Source: an uncultured Poribacteria bacterium (GTDB taxonomy: Bacteria > Poribacteria > WGA-4E > WGA-3G). Taken from it: a stretch of 64,000 bases of DNA. Shown here one piece after another: positions 27,968 to 35,402 of this stretch. The translations under genes were made by a program, and so were the position numbers. The stretch covers positions 2,176,001-2,240,000 of the forward strand of contig CATQHZ020000001.1 of the NCBI GenBank assembly GCA_958296135.2, given 5' to 3'. Position 1 is the first letter of the stretch; each line of letters starts with the position of its first letter. Below the pieces are notes generated by a model. The model worked only from the letters and a program-made list of their open reading frames with translations, was not told where the DNA came from and made no database searches.

Positions 27968-30277
27968 TTACCGTTTCGCCGAAAATATCTGAATGTTGCT
28001 ACCCGACTTTGCTACCACGCTTCGCGCAGGGATTCCCAAACCTTTATGCTCAAAATCCTTCTGCCCGAAGTTCGCGAACAGTTCAACAGCACTACCAAAC
28101 TCGGTGCGTTGGACAAATCTGTCTGGACTCAGCCATTCAAAATCTGTCATCGCCTTTCCGCCGATTTTTCGATGGAGCGGCGAGAAGAAAGCGTAGTGCC
28201 TTTTGATGCGCGCGACATGCTTTTCAAATTCCGCCAGATTGAGATGATACAACGGCGGAACATTGTAGAGCAATTCCAACAGAGCCAAGGTTTCCACTGC
28301 CTCCTGAAACTTCAGACTGCTAGAAAGCCAGTGGTTCGTCGTCACCAGCGAATCATGAAACACAATCTGATAAAGCGGTAGCCGAAACCTCGGGTCAAAA
28401 TAAAGATGCAGATAGCGTTGTTTGAGAGGCACCTGTTTGACGTGAATAGCGGGTGCTTCGGGCGGCCAGTAGCCGCCGATGTAGTAGGGTGAATCTTTCG
28501 CCTTCATGTCCATGTCGCCCCATCCGATAACGGGTGTCATCATTCCGTGTGCGAAGTGGAGCGTCGCCGCGGCATAGGCGGCACCTCCCTCCGAGCCGAC
28601 TACCATTTGATGCGTATCCTTAATCCATGCCATCCGTTTCAATCGTGCGTGCATGTCGTCCAGCTGCGTCGCCGGATGTTCCACCGAATAATCGTCAAAG
28701 AGTTCGCCGTATGCATCGCAATCAATGAACCACGAATTAAACGTCGTCGGCATCTGCGCGATAATGTCGTTGACGCGCTTTTCAACGGCCGGTTGCGCCA
28801 CCAGCGGGCTCAAGTGATACCCTTTCTGCTGAAACCCTCGGTTTTTTGTGCCATCAGCGTTGATAATCGCGCCGCGCTCATAAAGCACCAGATCGAACTG
28901 CGCCGTTTCCCATGTCTCCGGCTCCTGTGGGTGATGGATGCTGTGATAGGAATCATAAGGGCCTATGAGATAGCCGCGCTCTTTCGCCTTGGCGACAGCT
29001 GCGGGGTGGCGAAATCCTGCCTGCCATGAATCCACGCCGAGCCAGAGCCGGTCGAGCCCATTGTCAGAAAACCTCTCCAGCATTTTTACAGAGAGGCCGT
29101 CTCCCCATTCATCTGGGTGCCGAAGTTCATCGGGAAACGCCGCGTAAAAGAGGAGACTGTTAAGACGGTAAACCTCCGTGAAAGATAGAGAAGCAACGTC
29201 CTGTGCGAGTAATTTTTCCGCTTCTGGATGCAGGGAGACACTCTCTTCTTGCATGCACACTTGTAATCGCCGCGCTGTTTCGCGTGCTTCAAGCAGTTCG
29301 CTTAAAGCACGACAGACAACCCGTTGCGCATAGGCGTGCGGAAGGGCATCCCTTATGGCTTGCTGCGCTTCAGGATTTAGCCGTTCCCAAATATCCTTTT
29401 CTACGGCGTTTTCACCGCTGCTGAGTTTTGCCGCAAACGCCTTCCTGTCCGTTATATCGTATCGGCTGAGGAGCTGCCCAGCCCACAAATAGATATGCGC
29501 GGCACCGAGCAGTTTCTCAGCCGCTGGAAGGTTATCGATTTTTTCAGCAAAGGTAACGAATTCCGAGTTTTGCATCAGCCAGCGTCTGTAGTGCGTCGCT
29601 GGCGCGACAGGCGATGCTTCTCCCAATGCAATCCGCACCCCGTAACCCTTCCGTTTCCAATTCGGCGTGAAGGCATGCGATACTTGCATATCCAAGCCAG
29701 AGTCCATCGTTGAAGCAAACGAAAGGGAATTGTTGAACGGATTCGTCAAAATATAGGTAAGCGTCCATTCGCCAAAATCTAGTCCCCAAAACGGCATCGA
29801 GAGTCCCGCTGTGGTATTTATCGGCCCTTGCTCGGACAAGAAGTCTTGCCACAACTTGTCATCTTTCGGGACGTAACTTCCCTCAAAAAACGGTAGCATG
29901 TAGCCGCGAAGCACCGGAGTGTCCGGAATCATCGGCCACATCAAATTCCCCGCTGTCGCCGAGACAAATTCAACCGAGAGCGATTCGGCTATTAACGCAA
30001 CGCGGACGGTAAGGGCTATTTCCGGCAGTCTCCAACTCGCCTGATTCTCGTGCTGAACGAGTGCTGTCACGTTGCCGAGTCCCGTTTGTCCCCTTGAAAT
30101 CGGAACCGCTGGTTTGCCTTCCGGACGCGCGAAGAATTCCAGGGATTGCGGTGCAATTTCAATAGTCCATTCATCGTTGCTCAGCCGAACCACTTCGGGT
30201 GTAGCACTGAAACCGATTGCATGCATCAGAAACACCCCGAGACACACCCCATATTTTGCTACACGCTGTAGAAACAT
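27968..30277 (-). CDS. Secreted putative glycoside hydrolase (GH129/GH101-related)
   Basis: Signal peptide; LSMPFWG, GPYDSYHS, FIDCDAYGE, VGSEGG and LPLYQIVFHD motifs; start moved to ATG 30277. Confidence 0.65.
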   Translation of the reverse strand: MFLQRVAKYGVCLGVFLMHAIGFSATPEVVRLSNDEWTIEIAPQSLEFFARPEGKPAVPISRGQTGLGNVTALVQHENQASWRLPEIALTVRVALIAESLSVEFVSATAGNLMWPMIPDTPVLRGYMLPFFEGSYVPKDDKLWQDFLSEQGPINTTAGLSMPFWGLDFGEWTLTYILTNPFNNSLSFASTMDSGLDMQVSHAFTPNWKRKGYGVRIALGEASPVAPATHYRRWLMQNSEFVTFAEKIDNLPAAEKLLGAAHIYLWAGQLLSRYDITDRKAFAAKLSSGENAVEKDIWERLNPEAQQAIRDALPHAYAQRVVCRALSELLEARETARRLQVCMQEESVSLHPEAEKLLAQDVASLSFTEVYRLNSLLFYAAFPDELRHPDEWGDGLSVKMLERFSDNGLDRLWLGVDSWQAGFRHPAAVAKAKERGYLIGPYDSYHSIHHPQEPETWETAQFDLVLYERGAIINADGTKNRGFQQKGYHLSPLVAQPAVEKRVNDIIAQMPTTFNSWFIDCDAYGELFDDYSVEHPATQLDDMHARLKRMAWIKDTHQMVVGSEGGAAYAAATLHFAHGMMTPVIGWGDMDMKAKDSPYYIGGYWPPEAPAIHVKQVPLKQRYLHLYFDPRFRLPLYQIVFHDSLVTTNHWLSSSLKFQEAVETLALLELLYNVPPLYHLNLAEFEKHVARIKRHYAFFSPLHRKIGGKAMTDFEWLSPDRFVQRTEFGSAVELFANFGQKDFEHKGLGIPARSVVAKSGSNIQIFSAKR

Positions 30278-30285
30278 CAAATCGT

Positions 30286-31044
30286 TTACCTCGCCAACTC
30301 TTCCCATAACGCGCGGTAATAATGCATCACGCGCATCGGATCGGAGCTCCCCGCGATTTCTGCCAAGCAGTAGCCGGAATACCCAGACTCCCTCAACGAT
30401 GTGAATAACTCTCTCCAAGGATACTCGCGCCGATACAATTCGGTGATATGCACCAGGCCGATTCTGTCTTTCACAAGGTTGAAGTTGTGTTGGATAGTGC
30501 CGTTTTCCACTTCCCCGAAGTTAGAATTCCAACAGACGTAGACGTTACCGTGGTCTGCTGCATCGAGGATAGTGCGGATGTGCGGTAGTTCAGACGTGCC
30601 TCCGCCGTGCACCTCCAAGCGAATCTGCACGCCGAGGTTCGCTGCGAATTCTGCGCACTCCCGCAGGGCGAGCCCAATCTGCTCCAGCGTCTTTTCCACC
30701 GGGACTTCTTCAGGTAACCCATTCGGCCGCACCTTCACGCCGGGCGCGCCGACATCCGCCGCTAACTGTGAGTAAACCTTCGTGCCCTCTATATTCTGCC
30801 GAACGACTTCCGCATCGACAGCGTGGTAGTCAAACGCGGAACCTAAGCCCGCAATCTCAATCGGCGAGTCGGCGAACTGTTGCTTCACGGCGGCGCGCTC
30901 GCTCGCCGAGAGTTCTACTTCAACGCCGTGCGCGTGTGTCGTCCGCAGCTCCACACCGGCGAATCCTGTTTCCACGCATCGTTCAATGATGGTAGGAACA
31001 TCCCAATCTTTTGCCATGTTATATGTAACCAAACCGAGTTTCAT
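30286..31044 (-). CDS. Sugar phosphate isomerase/epimerase
   Basis: GVELRTTHAHG, LEVHG and CWNSN motifs. Confidence 0.85.
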   Translation of the reverse strand: MKLGLVTYNMAKDWDVPTIIERCVETGFAGVELRTTHAHGVEVELSASERAAVKQQFADSPIEIAGLGSAFDYHAVDAEVVRQNIEGTKVYSQLAADVGAPGVKVRPNGLPEEVPVEKTLEQIGLALRECAEFAANLGVQIRLEVHGGGTSELPHIRTILDAADHGNVYVCWNSNFGEVENGTIQHNFNLVKDRIGLVHITELYRREYPWRELFTSLRESGYSGYCLAEIAGSSDPMRVMHYYRALWEELAR

Positions 31045-31077
31045 AAATTCTCCTTTGAGCGTCGCGCCCAGATTTCT

Positions 31078-31659
31078 CTATTCAAAAAGTTCCGCCACCT
31101 GACAGGCAAATCCTTCGACGACATCCTCACCGGTGAGCGTATCGCTGAGCTTAAGCGTCTCAAAGTCACTCTCGGAACGATACACCGTCACCGTTTTTGC
31201 GACAGGTTCTATCACCCACACGAGGCGCGTCCCCGCGCTCAGATAGACAAACGCCTTTTCGATGACACTATACAACTTATCCGATGGCGAGACTACCTCA
31301 ACGGCGAGGTCCGGCGGAACTGGGGATGCTTTTCTTTTATCCTCGGGGACGCGTGCCGCTGAGAGAAACGCGACATCCGGTCTGAGCACACGCTCGCCTA
31401 CCCGAAAACCTGCCTCTGCGAGAACCTTCCCTCCCAATTGATTTTCGCGTACGTGCACGCGCAAAAAACTACTGATATTCACGCAGAGCTCAGCATGTTC
31501 CAAGGACGTAGCGGACATAGGTACTAACTCTCCTTTCACGTACTCATAATCGTCCAAGTCGCTTGTTAGGAATTCCTCCAACGTCATCGTGCCGGGCACC
31601 GGCGCGGGGCTCTCTGGCGGAAATCCGTGCGTCTCAATAGGATTAACCATCACCTTCAT
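31078..31659 (-). CDS. Uma2-family endonuclease-like protein, tandem copy 1
   Basis: YEYVKGEL, RPDVAF, PPDLAVEVVSPSD and GTRLVWVIEP motifs. Confidence 0.9.
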   Translation of the reverse strand: MKVMVNPIETHGFPPESPAPVPGTMTLEEFLTSDLDDYEYVKGELVPMSATSLEHAELCVNISSFLRVHVRENQLGGKVLAEAGFRVGERVLRPDVAFLSAARVPEDKRKASPVPPDLAVEVVSPSDKLYSVIEKAFVYLSAGTRLVWVIEPVAKTVTVYRSESDFETLKLSDTLTGEDVVEGFACQVAELFE

Positions 31660-31685
31660 CCTCCCTTTGCAGTGTCAATTTCACG

Positions 31686-31714
31686 TTGACTTTTGCCAAC
31701 CGTTATGCTATCAT
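31686..31714 (+). promoter_or_regulatory. Duplicated sigma70 promoter facing the 3' end of Uma2 copy 2
   Basis: TTGACT-17 bp-(TG-c)TATCAT; copy of 32405-32433. Confidence 0.55.
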
Positions 31715-31796
31715 TTAAGACCTCGGCAGCACAACCCCGTAGGCACTTTCCAAGCGCGCCTACCAACCGGGCGTTTCAGGAATTTGCGTAAGTCCG

Positions 31797-32378
31797 CTAT
31801 TCAAAAAGTTCCGCCACCTGACAGGCAAACCCTTCGACGACATCCTCACCGGTGAGCGTGTCGCTAGGCATGAGCAGCGTGATGTCTGTCTCCGAACGAT
31901 ATACCATCACCGTTTTCGATACGGGCTGAAGAACCCAGACTCTCCGCGTCCCGGCTTCCAGATAGGCGAATGCCTTTTCGACAACTCGCTGTGAAACATC
32001 AGAAGGCGAAATGATTTCAACAGCGAGGTCCGGCGGAATTGGGGCGGCTTTTTTCTCATCTTCGGGGACACGTGCCGCTGAAAGAAACGCGACATCCGGT
32101 TTGAGCACGCCCTCGCCTACCCGAAAACCCGTTTCTACGAAAACCCTTGCGTCTAGCCGATTCTCGCGCATATACAAACGCAAACATCCACTGACATTCG
32201 CGCAGATCCTACCGTGTTCCAAGGACGTAGCGGACATAGGCACTAACTCTCCTTTCACGTACTCATAATCGTCCAAGTCGCTTGTTAGGAATTCCTCCAA
32301 CGTCATCGTGCCGGGCACCGGCGCAGGCATCTCTGGCGGAAATCCGTGCGTCTCAATAGGATTAACCATCACCTTCAT
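31797..32378 (-). CDS. Uma2-family endonuclease-like protein, tandem copy 2
   Basis: KPDVAF and PPDLAVEIISPSD motifs; 193 aa like copy 1. Confidence 0.9.
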   Translation of the reverse strand: MKVMVNPIETHGFPPEMPAPVPGTMTLEEFLTSDLDDYEYVKGELVPMSATSLEHGRICANVSGCLRLYMRENRLDARVFVETGFRVGEGVLKPDVAFLSAARVPEDEKKAAPIPPDLAVEIISPSDVSQRVVEKAFAYLEAGTRRVWVLQPVSKTVMVYRSETDITLLMPSDTLTGEDVVEGFACQVAELFE

Positions 32379-32404
32379 CCTCCCTTTGTAGTGTCGATTT
32401 TACG

Positions 32405-32433
32405 TTGACTTCTGCCAACGTTTATGCTATCAT
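32405..32433 (+). promoter_or_regulatory. Sigma70 promoter of the HTH-MBL gene
   Basis: TTGACT-17 bp-TATCAT with extended -10 TG. Confidence 0.6.
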
Positions 32434-32544
32434 TTATGATACCATGTTACGCGCATATTTTCAATGCCATTTTTCGAGCCAAACACAAGCGGGAGACAGG
32501 CCCCCGCCCTACGGCGAAAGAAATCGAAATAGGAGAAAACCACC

Positions 32545-33372
32545 ATGTCATACGCACTTGAAGACGAATTCGGCGATATTATCGGGAAAGCCAGACGCGG
32601 GCAGCACCTCAGCCTCGCGCAAACGGCAACTGCCGCGGGGATACCCGAACCGCAACTCTCTCGCATGGAACAGTATACCTTAAAACCGACAGAAGCGCAA
32701 GTCTACCAACTCGCAGAAGTGCTGAATTTAGATGGCACCAAACTGCTGGACATCGCGACAGAACGCTGGGCACCGAATCCGGCGCAGCCCTCTGCGAATG
32801 CGGCACTAGATGTTGTCACCATCAGCGCGCCTGTCGGCGGCTGGCCCGTCAACGCGTATCTCTTAATCTGCAAAGCGACAGATGAAGCGGCGATTGTTGA
32901 CACGGCGGCGCACCCGAATCTTATCCTCGAACAACTAGACGCGCGCAAAGTTCAGCCTACCGCGATCCTACTGACGCACGCACACAGCGATCACGCGGAT
33001 GGACTTCCGCAGCTCCAACAGGCCACCGGGTCACCGACTTATCTCCATAAGAACGAACCGAAACCGAGGAGCGGGCAGCAACTAAAAACGGTCGACCACG
33101 GCGATGTCCTCACTGTCGGGGAGCTCATGGTAACCGTCGTTGATACGCCCGGGCACACCCCTGGCGGCTGCAGCTTCCTGACGCAAACCGCGGCGTTCGT
33201 CGGCGATGCCATCTTCGCAGGTTCCATCGGCGGACCTAACATCTCTTATGACGATGAGATTCATAGCGTCCGCGATAACCTGCTCTCGCTGGTAGACGAT
33301 GTCAGACTATTCCCCGGACACGGCCCTGCGACAACCGTCGGCGAAGAGAAGGCGCATAACCCGTTTTTCTAA
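32545..33372 (+). CDS. XRE-HTH plus metallo-beta-lactamase-fold hydrolase fusion
   Basis: N-terminal HTH (LSLAQTATAAGIPEPQLSRME); THAHSDH, TPGHT, GDAIF and PGHG motifs. Confidence 0.88.
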   Translation: MSYALEDEFGDIIGKARRGQHLSLAQTATAAGIPEPQLSRMEQYTLKPTEAQVYQLAEVLNLDGTKLLDIATERWAPNPAQPSANAALDVVTISAPVGGWPVNAYLLICKATDEAAIVDTAAHPNLILEQLDARKVQPTAILLTHAHSDHADGLPQLQQATGSPTYLHKNEPKPRSGQQLKTVDHGDVLTVGELMVTVVDTPGHTPGGCSFLTQTAAFVGDAIFAGSIGGPNISYDDEIHSVRDNLLSLVDDVRLFPGHGPATTVGEEKAHNPFF

Positions 33373-33483
33373 CAAGCCTTCCGGAAAATCGTACGCTGTG
33401 CGCGCTGACAACGCGCGCCTACGGGACAAGCATTAACGGACAGATATAGAAATCTATCCTTACGATAAAGGGAATTTGAGACA

Positions 33484-34506
33484 TTGCTGGCGTATCTCAT
33501 TCAACGTTTCCTCTCCATCGGTTTATCGCTTTTGGGTGTGTCGCTCCTCGTTTTTTTCATGGTGCATCTCATCCCCGGCGATGCCGCGCTCGCCATTCTG
33601 GGTGAACGCGCCACGGAAGAATCGCTCACTGAACTCCGAAGGGAGATGGGACTCAACAAACCGCTGTATCAGCAATACGCGAAGTTCCTGTGGGACATCG
33701 CGCACCTTGATTTCGGACGTTCGTTCAAAACAAAGCAGCCCGTCATCGAAGAGATTCAACGCTATTTTCCGGCAACGGTTGAATTAACCTTCGCGGCGAT
33801 GGCATTTTCAATCCTTTTCGGCATCAGTGCCGGCATCGTCGCCGCCATCTATCGCGGCAGATTCTTGGACTATTTCTCCATGTCCACTTCGCTCGCGGGC
33901 ATCTCCATGCCGATTTTCTGGCTCGGGCTAATGCTGATTCTGCTCTTCTCTCACATCTGGCCCATCTTGCCGAGCACGCAACGTCTGGATGCCATCCTTG
34001 ATTTGGACATTGAGCATCGCACCGGTTTCTACCTCATCGATACGTTGCTCATGGGCAACTTCGCCGCCTTTCGGAATGCCATCGCGCACCTCATCCTGCC
34101 CGCGATTACCTTAGGCACGATTCCGTTAGCCATCATCGCACGGATGACCCGGTCCAGTTTGCTGGAGGTGCTCAATCAACCTTATATCACTACAGCGTAT
34201 GCGAAAGGTTTGTCGCGGTGGAAGGTTATCGGCAAACACGCAATGAAAAATAGCATGGTGCCGGTGCTGACTATCATCGGACTGGAATTCGGGTACCTGA
34301 TGGGCGGCGCGATTCTGACAGAATATATTTTCTCCTGGCCCGGGCTCGGTTCGTGGCTGCGCGATGCCGTGGAGGCACGCGACATTCGTCCCATCCAAGG
34401 CGGTGTCCTCTTCGTCGCGACGATTTTCATGTTGGTGAACCTTTGCGTAGATCTGCTTTACGTCTACTTCGATCCGCGCATCCGGATTGGAGAGGAAACG
34501 ACATGA
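33484..34506 (+). CDS. dppB: Dipeptide ABC permease
   Basis: LIPGDAA, YFPATVEL, MPIFWLG, ARMTRSS, AYAKGL and YFDPRIR motifs. Confidence 0.85.
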   Translation: MLAYLIQRFLSIGLSLLGVSLLVFFMVHLIPGDAALAILGERATEESLTELRREMGLNKPLYQQYAKFLWDIAHLDFGRSFKTKQPVIEEIQRYFPATVELTFAAMAFSILFGISAGIVAAIYRGRFLDYFSMSTSLAGISMPIFWLGLMLILLFSHIWPILPSTQRLDAILDLDIEHRTGFYLIDTLLMGNFAAFRNAIAHLILPAITLGTIPLAIIARMTRSSLLEVLNQPYITTAYAKGLSRWKVIGKHAMKNSMVPVLTIIGLEFGYLMGGAILTEYIFSWPGLGSWLRDAVEARDIRPIQGGVLFVATIFMLVNLCVDLLYVYFDPRIRIGEETT

Positions 34507-35369
34507 GCAACGCAACAACCGTCAACAGCCAAATCTCGCGTTTTCGCAGAGCACGCTTGCGAGCCGCGCGCTACCCCTCTGCTATCATCGGCGTATCGAT
34601 TATCCTGTTCTTCGTGATTGTCGCCATTTTTGCGCCGCTGATTGCAACGCACGACCCGAGGCAGGCGAACGTCGTTGAACGTCTACAAGGCAGTTCCGCT
34701 GAACACTATCTCGGCACCGATGGAGTTGGCAGAGATCTGTTCAGCCGAATCGTCCATGGAACCCGTATCTCGCTCAAGGTGGGTTTCATGGCGACAGCGT
34801 TTTCGCTTGGGTTCGGCACCCTTTTCGGGGCGATTGCAGGCTATTACAGTGGGTGGTTGGAGAACGTTATCATGCGCGCGATGGACATTATGCTTGTTAT
34901 GCCGAGCATCTTGCTCGCCATGGTCATCGTGACGATTTTAGGACAGAGTCTTACCAACGCGATTATTGCGGTTTCTATCGTCTACATTCCACAGTATGCG
35001 CGCATCCTACGTGCCTCTGTGCTCAAAGTGCGCCAACTTGATTATGTGATGGCCGCCAAAGTCATCGGTGCAAGCGATTTGCGGATTTTAACGCGGACGG
35101 TCCTGCCGAACTGCATCGCGCCGCTCATTGTGCAGGCGACGCTCGGTATCGGTGCAGCGATTTTAGATGCCGCGGGGCTGAGTTTCCTCGGCCTTGGCGC
35201 GGAAATCGGGGAGCCAGAGTGGGGCGCGATGCTCAACGAAAACCGCAACTTCATCCGTCGCGCGCCGCTAACGGTGACTGCTCCCGGCATGGCGATTTTC
35301 CTCATCGTGCTAGCGTTTAACCTGCTCGGCGATGCCCTCCGCGACGCGTTGGATCCGCAGATAAATTGA
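34503..35369 (+). CDS. dppC: Dipeptide ABC permease
   Basis: HYLGTDGVGRD, LSFLGLG, PEWG and NLLGDALRDALDP motifs; ATGA overlap with dppB. Confidence 0.85.
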   Translation: MSNATTVNSQISRFRRARLRAARYPSAIIGVSIILFFVIVAIFAPLIATHDPRQANVVERLQGSSAEHYLGTDGVGRDLFSRIVHGTRISLKVGFMATAFSLGFGTLFGAIAGYYSGWLENVIMRAMDIMLVMPSILLAMVIVTILGQSLTNAIIAVSIVYIPQYARILRASVLKVRQLDYVMAAKVIGASDLRILTRTVLPNCIAPLIVQATLGIGAAILDAAGLSFLGLGAEIGEPEWGAMLNENRNFIRRAPLTVTAPGMAIFLIVLAFNLLGDALRDALDPQIN

Positions 35370-35402
35370 TAGCATTGAGGCAGCGCGCATACCGGAAGAA
35401 AG

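Noticed and set aside
30278-30418. Overlap of the glycoside hydrolase ORF with the upstream isomerase
   Set aside because: The signal peptide and RBS support a start at 30277, so there is no real overlap.
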